Shown: positions 43,001 to 55,840, counted from the first letter of the stretch. The stretch: DNA of 64,000 nucleotides from Anthoceros angustus (GCA_010909165.1 VJWM01000044.1:558001-622000); one strand, 5' to 3'. The notes: generated by a model from the letters alone, not told the origin. Made by a program: numbers and translations.

Positions 43001-45576
43001 ATCAGATTCAATGGAAGCAGCCTGGTGCAACCCTTTTGCAATGCGACAATCAGTCGGCTATCGCACTCACCGCCAACCCTATTTTGCACCGATCAAAACA
43101 TATTGAAATACGTTTCATTTCATCCGATGGGCAGAGATGGGCACAATCACGATGTGTACACTTCAAATAATGTAGCGGACTTGCCGACAAAAGGATTACC
43201 TAAGGCAACTCACGAATAAAGATAGTGTGTCACTGGGATTAACAAGACCAAGAAAGATCGACTTATCTTAATCAAGATGCGCCAAAGATCACCAAGATGC
43301 CCCCACAACTTCATGATCAAGGCAACATGAGTGAGCTGCAAGAATAGCTAGCCTCAGCGCGCTTGGTGGCAAGAGGCTACACCAGTACAAGGCCTTGACG
43401 AGACCTTTAGCCACAATGGTCAAGCCCACCTCGTCGCATCCTCCTATGTTATCTTTAAGAAACAAATTACTTGTCCATCAAATGGGCGTTAAAGCGGCAT
43501 TTTGAATGGGGATCTCAGAAACTATCTACATGAATGAGCCCGAGGGATATATCACCTTTGCTCAACCAAGGTACATGTCATCTGCTCAAATCTATCTATG
43601 GTTTGAAGCGATCGGCCACGGATGTGGAATGCAATGCGAGATAAGAAACTCCAAGCTAGGGTTTGTCCCTCTTGCTGCGGATTGCAGCGTATATGTGCTG
43701 CAAAAGACCGACAAGATCTGTATCATCGCACTCTATGTGGATGATAATTTTATGTTTGCCAATGATCAAGAGATCCTCACCTATATTAAGAAGGAGTTGT
43801 CGCATGAGTGGGACATGACGGACGTTGGCCCGTTGAAATTTGCCCTAGGAATCCAGTTCCTATTCGATCCTGCAATGGCGGTGTATGTATACATCAATCT
43901 CATTTTATCGCATTGTTAACCAAGTTTAACTTACGGACATTGAATCCGGTCTCACCCACAACAAGTGACAAGTCAATTGAGGATTGCCCATCCACACAAA
44001 AGGCAGCTATGTTATGATCCCATACCGAGAGTTAGTAGGAAGCTGCTTTATCTCGGGTTGGACACGCACGACATTTCCAGCGAGGCATTGTATCCGTTTT
44101 ACGCAAACCACGGGCGGAAGCATTGGGTAGCAGTAAAGAGAATACTGCGCTACTTGAAAGGAACTCAGGACATGTACCTCAAATATACAGGAGATGGCAG
44201 TAGCACTCTTATCTCATATTCAGATGCAGACTGGGCAGGGGATGTGGACTCGAGAAAATCGATTGCTGCATATTGTGTACTTTTACAGGGTTCGGCCATT
44301 AGTTGGCAGTCGAAGAAATTATCTACCGTCAGCCTATCATCTACCGATGAGTATGGCGCCTATCCTTGGGCTGCACGAGAGATCACATGGGTGCGTCAGT
44401 TTCTGGACGGTATTCAATGGAAGCAGCCTGGTGCAACCCTTTTGCAATGCGACAATCATCGGCTATCGCACTCCGCCAACCCTATTTTGCGCTCGATCAA
44501 AACATATTGAAATACAATTTCATTTCATCCGTAGGCAGAGATGGGCACAATCAAGCTACGGTATGTACACTTGATAATGTAGCGGACTTCGACAAAAGGA
44601 TTACCTAAGGCAACTCACGAACAACATAGTGTGTCACTGGGATTAACAAGACCAGCAGCATCGACTTATCTTAATCAGCATGCGCCAGCATCAATGCCCC
44701 CACAACTTCATGATCAAGGCAGCGCGAGTGAGCTGCAGCAATAGCTAGCAGTTCGCAGCAGCGTTTTGGCATCCACGCAAGGCACACCTCCTGTGTGTAA
44801 CGCATACGGTTGTGCTCGCCAGTATTAGACGCTTCGCGCACAAAGATCAGTCGTGGATGAAGCATAAAGGTAATCAAGTCAGGACTCTCACAACTTCACT
44901 TCCACCATAGCCATACCACTGCTGCAGGTTTGAGAAGGGGTCTGAAGGGCGCTTGCACGCCACCAAGAAGAAGTTCGACCTCCCTCGCCACTTTGGAAGT
45001 AGCGCGCGCAGGGCCAGTCAACTTGTGCTTTCGACTTCCTCTCGCATCCTCGATCCACAGCCGGTTTTCCATCTTCAGCCTGCTTCGCTCTTCCGATACC
45101 GCTTCGAGCTCATCGCTTAGGAGGCGAGTACGCAAAGATGCAAGCAAGATCGCCAGGGCAAGCTCTAGCAGGCGAGCAGCGATTAGCGCGCATGCGCAAA
45201 CCATCGCGAGGGGGCGCAGACAGCTAACGTTCGTCGCACGTGAGCAGATTGTGGAGATAGCGTTTTTGGTGTTTCGCACCTCAGGCCGCCACTAACAGGA
45301 TAAGGTCCGAGTTAGGTCTGAGGGGGCGTATTGGAATCGCGTTATGTTAAGCAGACACTAACTCGTGGTTATGAATGATCACGGGTTAACTAACGTGAAT
45401 AACGTTTCAATAGGTTATTAAGTTATTAGGTTAAAAAACAGTTACACTCACTTTTCTTTTTATTGTTTCATTGAACCCTAAATGCAGTTATCTTTTTCGC
45501 TCATCCGCACTCGTTCGCGCTCTCGTTTTTGTTGCCACTCTCAAGTATCAGCATGGTGATATCTTAATCCACTTTA
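37100..45576 (+). mobile_element. Full-length Ty1/Copia LTR retrotransposon with TA...TA LTR ends and 5-bp TSD GTACA
   Basis: LTRs 37100-37344 and 45329-45576 (TATTGGAATC...CCACTTTA, near identical); PBS TGGTATCAGAGC (tRNA-iMet) at 37345; PPT GAGGGGG at ~45320; GTACA at 37095-37099 and 45577-45581; domain order gag-PR-INT-RT-RH. Confidence 0.95.
38955..44640 (+). pseudogene. Copia gag-pol (frameshifted; RT/RNase H present twice, ~41925-43355 and ~43356-44760)
   Basis: FNGSDYPIW gag start, CHWCRIPGHFESEC zinc knuckle, WFLDSG protease, VHSDICGP..LRSDNAMEY..QNSYAERYNRTL integrase, KARLVARGY, QMDVKTAFLNG, LYVDD, YSDADWAG RNase H. Confidence 0.92.
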
Positions 45577-45833
45577 GTACACACGTGGTATCATAAGTAT
45601 TCTTCTTGGATTCTATTCACCTTCTCTATTGATCCATCTGTATCAGGGTATTACGCTGTACTCAAACAGAATTGCACTCCTAAGCTCTTCATAAGCTGTT
45701 GCCCAAACTTTGTAGTCACTGTCTAGCAATGACATAATGAAATCCATTGATATACTTTACAAGGCCCACTTGGAATAGACAGGGGTTGTAACAAACCTCT
45801 CAAATTTGTTTGCTCTACCTTATCCTACTGGCA

Positions 45834-47993
45834 GTCTACACAAGACTATTAAAAGGATACTCTAAGGATGCTTGTACATTCTAAAACGGGCCTGTAAAAC
45901 AGCTTTCTCAACTTCTCATAAGTTGGGTCAATCCTTTGATGACATGTACTTGGCACAACATAACTCTCTACAAGTAACTTCCTTCTCAACTCTTGAGAAT
46001 CAGGAATCACAATCTTGTTCTGCTTGGAAATCAACAAGCCATCCCTAAGCTTCAACATAGATCCCAGTCACTCCACTTCATTGATCCAATTTTGTACCAA
46101 TGGATCTCGCAGATAAGTTTCCTTGATGTGAGTGAGTGTCCCTTGGCTCAATAACCATCTACATTGTAGCTAGCTTAGGACTCTTCAATGTAAAAGCAGT
46201 GATCAAACTCAAACTCTCCTTACGACTTAGCCGAAAGATGAGTAGCAAGACGCTAAACCTACCTTATGATTCATGAAGTGAAAACGCGAGTTTATTGTGT
46301 AGTAAGGTAAGCTTCATCCAAACCCTGCCATGTCCTGTTGAAGATGAAAATACTGTTGTGTAGAGTTGACCACTGATTATGTTAGCTATGGGTAGGCTTG
46401 TGCAGTTATCGGCATCTATGAGAAATCACGGGTGCCAACCTAAAAAACTAGAGAACCTTCGGGTTCCCACCCACCACAGCAAATAAGTGTTATGCCCCAC
46501 CTTTCCAACAGATTGAATAGTCTTGCAACCCTAGGATCTCGATATGCTTGTAGTGCTTATGTTTCTATAGTCCCTTGGTCAAGATATCTGCCACATTCTC
46601 ATTTGTATGGACATAGTCCATCTTGATAACTTTCCTTTCTAGAGTTCTCCAGGAATTGAGACATAGTGCTCACGGAATACTGAATGTGTGGCCTAGACCA
46701 ATTTGCAATAAATATAAGGCTGCCCACAGCGTGCCTGTAAGGCACATCTTTCATGTCCAGTGCCTCCTGTTCAGACTGAGATGAAAGATCACTGGTGAGT
46801 TTCGTCCCTGTCGTAAAAGGTGTTGTAGAAGGTCTAGCCTGGTCCATCTTAAACTTACGAAAATCTCATCAATATATTTGTGTATTATTAGAAAGCCTTC
46901 TTCCCTTACCCTCTTGGGGTCTACACAAGACTATTAAAAGGATACTCTAAGGATGCTTGTACATTCTAAAACGGGCCTGTAAAACAGCTTTCTCAACTTC
47001 TCATAAGTTGGGTCAATCCTTTGATGACATGTACTTGGCACAACATAACTCTCTACAAGTAACTTCCTTCTCAACTCTTGAGAATCAGGAATCACAATCT
47101 TGTTCTGCTTGGAAATCAACAAGCCATCCCTAAGCTTCAACATAGATCCCAGTCACTCCACTTCATTGATCCAATTTTGTACCAATGGATCTCGCAGATA
47201 AGTTTCCTTGATGTGAGTGAGTGTCCCTTGGCTCAATAACCATCTACATTGTAGCTAGCTTAGGACTCTTCAATGTAAAAGCAGTGATCAAACTCAAACT
47301 CTCCTTACGACTTAGCCGAAAGATGAGTAGCAAGACGCTAAACCTACCTTATGATTCATGAAGTGAAAGCGAGTTTATTGTGTAGTAAGGTAAGCTTCAT
47401 CCAAACCCCGCCATGTCCTGTTGAAGATGAAAATCTTTGTTGTGTAGAGTTGACCACGATTATGTTAGCTATGGGTAGCAGGCTTGTGATTATCGGCATC
47501 TATGAGAAATCACGGTGCCAACCTAAAAACTAGAGAACCTTCTGTTCCCACCCACCACAAATAAGTTATGCCCCACCTTTCCAACAGTTGAATAGTCTTG
47601 CAACCCTAGGATCTCGATATGCTTGTAGTGCTTATGTTTCTATAGTCCCTTGGTCAAGATATCGCACATTCTCATTGTATGGACATAGTCCATCTTGATA
47701 ACTTTCCTTTCTAGAGTTCTCCAGGAATTGAGACATAGTGCTCACGGAATACTGAATGTGTGGCCTAGACCAATTTGCAATAAATATAAGGCTGCCCACA
47801 GCGTGCCTGTAAGGCACATCTTTCATGTCCAGTGCCTCCTGTTCAGACTGAGATGAAAGATCACTGGTGAGTTTCGTCCCTGTCGTAAAAGGTGTTGTAG
47901 AAGGTCTAGCCTGGTCCATCTTAAACTTACGCAAAATCTCATCAATATATTTGTACTGGTGTATTATTAGAAAGCCTTCTTCCCTTACCCTCA
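45834..47993. repeat. ~1.08-kb direct tandem duplication (45834-46918 / 46919-47993)
   Basis: Identical 69-aa ORFs at 45849-46058 and 46934-47143; the DQARPSTTPF segment occurs twice; CCTTA(T/C)CCT microhomology near the junction. Confidence 0.92.
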
Positions 47994-48370
47994 GGATCTG
48001 AATTCCTAAACAGAACTTCAGTTCGCCAATGTCCTTCATGTCGAACTTTGTGCTCGATATTCGCTTCACCGATGCTAATAGTGGCTGGCTGTTTGTTGCG
48101 AGGATAACATCATCAATATAAAGTGCTAGGATCTTAAAGTCTACAACTCTGCTCACTCGATATACATTCGAGTCTGCGGCACTTTGCAAAAAGTTGCTAC
48201 TAATAAAGTAAATATGCATGGTAATATACCACACCTTGCCGCTTGGCCTAAGCCCATATATGCATTTCAAGAGCTTTAACACCTTGTTAGGGTCTTTCTT
48301 ATTTTCATAATCCTCTGGCTGCGTCATGTACAAGTCCTCATCAAGAGCCCCATACAAGAAAGCAGTGCAG
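46260..48370 (-). mobile_element. Second, degenerate Ty1/Copia RT/RNase H fragment
   Basis: LYGALDEDLYMTQP, CIYGLRPSG, LALYIDD, KFDMKDIGELKFCLGIQI, VPYRHAVGSL (ORF 47632-48357). Confidence 0.9.
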
Positions 48371-49899
48371 ACATTGGCAAATAATCTAGCTATTTTATGT
48401 CACATATTGCTTTCAAACAAAGATCGCTATCAATAAATTTTTTTTTGATCTAAGAAATTAAAAATCAAACTTTGAAGTAGGTAGCTTAATATCCCAACCA
48501 TCACTTTCCATAATTATTTGATCAACCAATAAATTGAAAATCAAACTTTGAAGTAAGTAGCTTAAAATCCCATCGACTTGCAAATCTGGTTGTAGAGATA
48601 GTCCTTTACACTCGAGGTTTAACATGTAGTCTAGCTAGTAAGTTTCAAATGACTTCAACATAATCATCAAACTTTTTGCATGTTGGATAGTTGCCTCATG
48701 AAGTAGCGACGTGCAAAAAGTAAAACTATAGACAATAACCAACAAAAAAACATCAGACAAAATTCAGAAGTAAAACAGTATACAACAACCAACAACCAAA
48801 ATTAGACCAAATTAGAATCCCTGATAGTAGTCATCAAGCAAAAATAAAGTCTTTGGACACCTGCAACCAAAAAATAATCCGAAAGAAAACATAACTATGA
48901 AGCAAGTAAGTTGCATTCACCACTACTACAACCATAATTACGACAAAGCCCTTGAGCACTCCACTGGTAATGGATCATAGAAACAAGCACACACAAAAGT
49001 ACTGATCTACCTACAAAAAAGTTAACTCAATCAAACTATTCATAAGACCTACAAGAAAAAATCAACTATTGTCGCTGCACAAGGCACAAACCTAGAAGAG
49101 AATCAATTCAACTATGTCCTCCATTTGGAATTGCGCCAAGATTTCATCGTGCCGCGTGCCCTTACAGAAGATTATCCTCGTTACACAATCGAAGATGATC
49201 TTCTCGTCCTTAATCTGAGGAGGCACCTGCTGCACCCTGCTGAGACATGATTAGTGAGTAAAGAATGCACACGGTACTCATATCAAGAGCTTGAGCACAC
49301 GAAGCATTGCACATGAAGAGGATCATCAAGATTAGAAAATATGTCTAAAGTACCAAGAAAGGGTGTAACCATTTTATAACCTAAATTACTAAGGACCTAA
49401 ACGGACTCATGGTTGGGGTGTGGTTCGGCTCAAGTTCTGGGGGATTTTACTTCTTCAGTGCCTTGATCACAACTTCTCTCACTTTATCTACCTTTGCAAC
49501 CTCTTCTCTAATAGCTAGCTAGAGGTAGGAGCACAGAAAACAGTGTTAGTCACAAAGCAAGGGCAGATCGGGCGGTACCTTTGGAGGTTGTGAGTGGATG
49601 AGGCTTAGAGTTGTATGTAAACGTCACTACCTCTTGTATGCTGTCACCTAGCTTGATAGGCTCTCCTTCCCCCTTGCTCATTTCTTCTGTGATTTTCTTG
49701 ATGGCTTAAATGTGTGTTATTTTGGTCCTCTTTCTAATAGTCTGTTGTGGACTACGGACTTCCCTGGGGGGTTAGAAATTAGGTAGGGTTTTGTTTTTTT
49801 GTAGGAGTAAAGGATAAAATGAGGCGGAAAAGGGAAATAAGCATGGGTAGCACTGACGCACTGGAGTATTCTCCTGACCGAGTGAGGAACGTACCAGAC

Positions 49900-52800
49900 C
49901 TACTATGGTAGGTGCCACGCAGATAAGTCCGGACCCACTCCAAGACCGGCAGGCACGCCTAAAAGTAACTCAGAGTTGAGCCGTGGAGCGACCAGCGCCC
50001 GCCACGCAACTCGAGTGGAGAACGGCATGCACCGCCAGACAATCTGTGAGGCCGTTATAGTAGTATTCACGCCGCGCGCGCCAAGACCAGAGCACGGCAG
50101 AGTGTTGAGGCGTAAGGACGCTGCCATGCACTCGCGCCACGTGGAAGAGGCGCCCCGCCGCCGTTACTCGAGCTCGAAGGAAGGTCACAAGGCACCGAGA
50201 CACCGCGATCTCAGCCCGCAACGCCTCGGCGTATCTCGTGGACACTCAGACGCTCACTGAGGCTTGAGCAACAACGCGCAAGAAGGCGCAACGTGCGAGC
50301 CTCCGGCCAAGCGCCAAAGAACCAAGGGAGGAGAAGGCGATGGCACCCAAAAGCCCATGGAAGTTTGGGAGCCATGGAACCTTGTGGAGCGCAACATTGT
50401 GACCCGCGCTATCCGGACTTTGGGCCCGCCCGGAAGCGGAGAATTGGTGCAGGAGTGGCATTTGGATGTGTTCCAGATGGTCCGACATTTGACAAGTTAC
50501 CGTCCGGAGTTCGCCCGAAGATGCGGCGGTCAATAAGGAGGTGCGGTCCAAGAACCTCCGGAGGACCCAAGGCGATGGACCTTGAGGTCCCGAGGCGGCC
50601 TACAACCGCCCAAAGGAGGAAGAGGGGGGTGCCGAGCCCCTCAAGGCGAAGGGAAGATAGGGCCACGCAGCGGCGCGAGGCTCGACGCAACGACCACCAA
50701 CGGTATCGACATCCGACCTGATGCCGAGTAAGGGGTGGCCCGATCATTGTCCATCGAACCTACTACCAAGGTGGATCACCTTGGTGATAATCTGCTGGTA
50801 CCCCGCACGCTACCGCAGCTGGGGAAGAGGGCGACTGGGAAGGATTATTTTCGCCCGTTTAGCCAGTGAGGCTCGCAAGCTCAGACCGAGAAGCCTCATC
50901 TGGGCCGCCCCCATACCGATCCATGTATGGGGGCATTTCGAGCCTCAAGGAAGGAGAGCTTGAGCGAGCGCCCGAAAGGACCGGAGGCCCCGCCAAGTGG
51001 AGCGGCAAGGGCGCCGGAGGGAGGAGGCCACCGTCAAAGCCAAACGGACCGGAGGAGGACGATCGAGGATTCCGACTCCATACGTCTGAACGGACCCCTC
51101 ACCACCTGTGGAAGTATGGAAGAAATTCCCTCCTTCCGTGCCCCAACCAGAGCACCCAGCAGAAGCTGCCTGACCTCAGCAGCCCACCGCCACTCCTACC
51201 GAGGAGCCCCGCCGACTGTGAGGGAGCCAAGAGACGCAAGACCACTACCAACGCTGCACCCCTGGGCCTTCCCCGCCCACCTGAGTGGCAAGAGGCGAGG
51301 AAGGAAGGGCAAAGGGACGCCTGGAGCGGAGGACACGGCAGCACCCCGAGCCGGCCCCGCCGACCGGAAAAAGGCTTGCTCCCGACTCTCACCTCCTCCG
51401 AGCCCTGTGAGGAAAAGGGCGAGAAGGAGCTCGCCAAAAGGGCCAAGGAGGGGAAGCCCGAGCAAAGACTGTGACCTAAGGGTCCCGATTAGGTCCGAGA
51501 ACCCACCGCCACTTGACAATGTATGGAGGTCCGGCGATCGTGAGATGCCGGCCCCGCCACGGACTTTGTGGGAGCCTCACTCAGGGCCGTGGAAGAAACA
51601 CGGCGGTCCTGCCACCATGGAGGGATGCCTGGGGTCTCAAGGATGGCCGAGAAGACCTGTGGAGGTAGAAGCCACCCGAGGCGCATGGTACTCCTCCGTG
51701 AGCAGCTGGAGGGAGCCCAGAGGCGAAGGAAGGAAGGCCTCGGCCGGATTGAGGAGGGAAACGCCGAGGCGAGAGGGAGGTCCGTCCATCCGCAAGGACC
51801 GGACCAAATTCCTTCACCGAGGAGGCACTCAAGGAGGCCCAAGCGGGCGGAGGACCTCGCAGTGCAGGGGCGAGCGCACAGAAGTGAGGACGCCCGGCGC
51901 AAGGTAACGCGCGGATCCGCGAGGGAGGCCCTGACCGACCAGCCAAGCCGAGAGGCTGTGAAGGTGGCCAAGGAGGCGAGGCCACGGAGGCCGATCGCGA
52001 TCACTATCGCGTGATCGAACCGTGGAGGGAGGCGGCCGAGAGAGCCACGCCAACTGGCCGAGCAAGTGGTCATGAGCAAGTACGAGCCGCAGAACACTGA
52101 GGCCAAGACCCGGAAATCGGGGACCCTGCAAGCAGAGGTAGAAGGAGGCAGGAGTTGGAGGACAAGAAGGACACCTTGGAGTTACAACCCAAGACGCTGG
52201 AGCAGCAAGGAATTCTCAATGGGAGAATCCAGACTTCGAGCAGATAGAGCGCCCACCCCTCAAGATGGAGCAGGAGGTGGCGAGCAAGCGCGACCAACCA
52301 GCCCAAGAAGCCAAGGAGGTGGAGGATCTCCACTCAGCCCGGAGGTGGAGCAGCAATGCGTGGAGATGGAGGACCGCAAGGAGACTTTGAGCCGCAGCCC
52401 AAACTATCATTGAGAGGAATGGTAGTTCAGGACATGGTCGCGAACGCGATGAAATAGAGCTCCCCTGCTGACGGAGCGAAGGCGATGGAACAGGAGTGAC
52501 GCCGCCGAGATGGAAAAGGGCCTGGTGAAGCCCGCAGCCTGCCCACCGTCTGGAGGGAGATGGCGAGTTAATTGACACAAGGATAGGGCGGAAGCAGAAG
52601 CGCCGTCCACCGAGGAAGTTTGGGAAGGAACGCTATGGCGTCATGAACCAAACGGGAGAGTGGAGCAAGTGAGCATGGAGGTGACCGAGGCACTGGCACC
52701 ATGAGAAGCAGCCCTCCTATCCAACTCAAGGGAGGTGGAGCAACAAGCAACAGCTCAATGCACTATGGCAAGGGAGTATCGGTGCCCGCACACGTGGAAG

Positions 52801-54156
52801 AGGCAATCCAGCAAGTGGATTCGGACTTTGCCTATTACCACACCGAGCCCCTGGCTGAGAGGCCTCTCGCCACCACGCCACACGGGCCCCGGAAGGCCTT
52901 GAGGGGAAGAAGGGCACGAGATAAAGACAGGACCCTAGGGGCCCTGCTTGGAGACGACGGCAAGGAGAGGAGCCCCAAGAGGAGCGGACGCAGGACCCAA
53001 GGTAAGTTCACCACCACCCGATCCCAAGGGGGTGAGGGGCAGGGCAAACCGGGGAGCCAACCCACCAAGACAAGGGTCGGGGTAAGGAGGAGGACCTAGC
53101 AAGACGAGGTCCACAGTGAAGGGGTCCGAGTTTGAGATCGGACGCACGGACCCCGAGGTCCGAACGAGACGAGGCCGACCCAAATGGCCTGACGGAAATA
53201 AACCGACCTTGGAGTTCAGTTCGGAGTCGAGACCGACCTCGAGGTCCTGACTCAAGAAGAAGGAGGAGTCCCTCGACTTACGCTTAGGAGCCGACAGCCG
53301 GTGGCCCCACCGAGGGGACCCACGGAAGGCTGTGGAGGATGACGTTGGTAACGCGGCCGCCGCCACACGAGCCCAACCCGGCTGTGATTCCGGGAAAGGA
53401 GGGGTCTACCGCGGATCATCCGATTGGGTGCGCCCGCAATTGTCGTATGAGATTGGACCACCAATCCCAAGAACCCGGACCTTCCCACAAGGAAGGAGAT
53501 AGGAGGAGGAAATAGGATGGTAGGCGGCCGACAGGCATACCGAAATCACGTAATAGGGGTGTAAAGAAGACCTAGGCGAGTATAAGAGAGGGCCGCTCAA
53601 TAAATCATCTTTTCCTTGGTGTTGATGCCGTTTGCGCACTTGTGTGTCTTCCCCGATAACGTGAGTCCCGAGTCACCGAAAGCACGACAAAGACCGGAGG
53701 GATCGATCGTGGTCCCGTGACGGACCTAACGGTTGTGGTGTGTGTGGGAGGGTGATCGGGACCCGTGCTCGCCCAGAGCCACCCGCCACGAACGGACCGG
53801 AACGCAGTGAGCCGGAGGGACTGAGGGCGTGGCGCCTGGACGGAGAGGCCCTGGAACGACGGAGGAGGTCCGGACTGTAACCCGGCCTTCCTTAAGACCG
53901 ATAAGTGTAGTGAGAGAGGAGTGAGAGGTGTGAGACGAACGAACGAACGGACGCGAACGGGTCCTTAAACGCTTGGCCATACCGGCCTGCGGTTTGTCGC
54001 GTAGTAGCTAGACGTGAACTAAGGTGTGTGCGTAGGACCGAGTGACGAAGTAAGACGAAATCCTCGAAACGAAACGGAGTCCGCTATTCCCTTGGGAACG
54101 AACTCCTTCCTACAACGACACGGATTGTGCGCCTACCGGCCAAGAAAAGTCGCGCA
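49900..54156 (+). mobile_element. GC-rich 3' part of a probable Ty3/Gypsy-type element: frameshifted accessory and coiled-coil ORFs, purine tract and putative LTR (~53410-54156)
   Basis: VWEPWNLVE.. and (D)WGRIIFARLASEARKL..APIPIHVW resemble the 7.5-8.5 kb ORF; E/R/A-rich fragments 51500-52700; GGGAAAGGAGGGG at ~53392-53404; TATAAG (53581) and AATAAA (~53599) downstream. No RT or integrase seen. Confidence 0.45.
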
Positions 54157-54699
54157 CTGTTATGAAGCCTTTTTGTCATCCTCTCCTCCGTAAGGGCCTG
54201 TAAGCTTGACCAGCTCATCGCAGACAATGGGAGCAGCCTTCCAGGCCCTTGCTACTTCTAACAACGACTTTTTCCTTTGCCTCCTTAGATCGATGTCGTG
54301 CTACTTGCAATCTTAGTCCGGCTTGGATTAGCTGCAAGAGACACCTCTTCATCTGAAGGCAACCGGGTAGCAATGATCTTCTCCCAATCTTCCTTGAAGT
54401 TATCTTTATCTTTATCTAGAGGGCCCACTGCAAGAGGAGCAGGGGTTTTACAATGGAGCATTTGAACCATTGTAAAAACATAAAACACTTTTACAATCAA
54501 TCAACTACTTAATGTAAAATTTTATAATAAGGATGGGAGAGTAGTTGACGTGGCATCTGCGAGAATTTACTTAGCGGGGGGAATAGCTGACATGGCTTTA
54601 CTTGATGTGGTTAATTGGTAGCAGCATTGCAACTCTTTGTAAAATTATAATAATATGCTTGTGTATTGCATTGTACATTCTGTTGAAAACTGGATGACA

Positions 54700-54945
54700 T
54701 GGGCCGGCGTTGCAAATGACGTTGTAAAATTTTGGGAAGATATTATCCACTTAAATTAAAAAATTAATTTTATTTTTTTTATTGAGGTTTATGTTAACGG
54801 GCTTGTGTTTTTTGCATTGTACATAATATTGTAAATACAGAAACGTAACGAATGACATTGTAAAAAATTATGAAAAGGTGACATCCCAAAGCACGTTGTA
54901 AAACGTTATGCGAGCGCGATGTTGTAAATGACGTTGTAAAAAATT
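54700..54945. repeat. AT-rich region with repeated (T)GACGTTGTAAA motifs, possibly DNA-transposon subterminal repeats
   Basis: TGACGTTGTAAAA ~54717, TGACATTGTAAAA ~54854, CACGTTGTAAAA ~54892, GATGTTGTAAATGACGTTGTAAAA ~54918. No clear TIR found. Confidence 0.4.
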
Positions 54946-55840
54946 ATGAGACAACGATATGAGGATATTATTCACTTTAAAGAGAAAAATAATTTTAAAA
55001 AGGTTTATTGAGCTGGATAATTCTAATACGTATATACATTCCTTTTATATTATACGTATACATATTCCTTGTGTATTATACGTACACATATTGTTGTGTA
55101 TTGTAGGTAAGAAACTTGCAAGGTGGTTTAAAAAAAAAGGTCTTTCTTTACCCTGTCCCTTTTTGGTACGCCATACACATGAAGAGTAGCGCACATTTTC
55201 AACTTATAGTTAGTGTGATGCGATTCAAGCACGCGTGAATGGAGCCCGCAGGCGAGGATTCAATTTTGAAGGTGCCCTGGACACACAGAAATAAGTCTGG
55301 GGAACACAGACGTGAACGAATTTCTGCTAGCTGGCTAGGATTCGTGCGAACCAGAAGACTCACCAGACTACCCACCGGGGCCGGTGCCACTTGTGCACTG
55401 TTTAGCCACACAGCATTTAGTTTGGATGAAGGACCGCCAGTCCCGATTAGTAGGCGGTTCCCGGGACCACAGAGTTTAGCCGGCGAAAATGAAGCTTCCA
55501 GGGCCGGTGCTACTTGTGCACTGTCTAGCAACTTACTTGAGCATCAAGCAATAAACAAACCAAAATCGTGTCCAGGCAACCTGGCCAGCGAACGTTCATG
55601 ATCAAGCAGAGTGTGGTGGTTGCCGCGCGCAACAGTCTAGCCTGTAGCTGGGAGGCTGTAGCAAATAATGTCTGCGCCACTGTTTCCTTGCGAATGCCGT
55701 TCGCCTTATAAGGAACGCTGGAGCAATGCTTGTCCTCATCCACCTCTCCAGCTTCATCCTGGGCAATCCACATCGGAGGAGGCAGTCGGTACCGGGAGCT
55801 GACCATTCCGACGAGATTTCAGTCGAGTCCAGGGACCGCC

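Larger units (their letters stand above)
36283..46260 (-). mobile_element. Degenerate Ty3/Gypsy (chromovirus-type) integrase and chromodomain, split by the Copia insertion (pieces 46260-45582 and 37099-36283)
   Basis: IVIPDSQELRRKLL..HQRIDPTYEKLRKLFY (Zn-binding region), LLQPLSIP, STA*YPDTDGSIEKVN, DQRDWSDHLEDVEICYN, AQERQKKFADKH, KFRPKYGGPF (GPY/F), YLVSGK chromodomain-like remnant, then the PPT. Confidence 0.85.

Noticed and set aside
41925-44760. Copia element with two functional reverse transcriptases
   Set aside because: Both copies are near-identical with complementary indels; this is part of the tandem-duplication pattern and probably not a novel architecture.
50866-52413. Long GC-rich ORFs (202-326 aa) as host genes
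   Set aside because: Overlapping low-complexity frames from a frameshifted TE accessory region; no host-gene motifs or intron structure.
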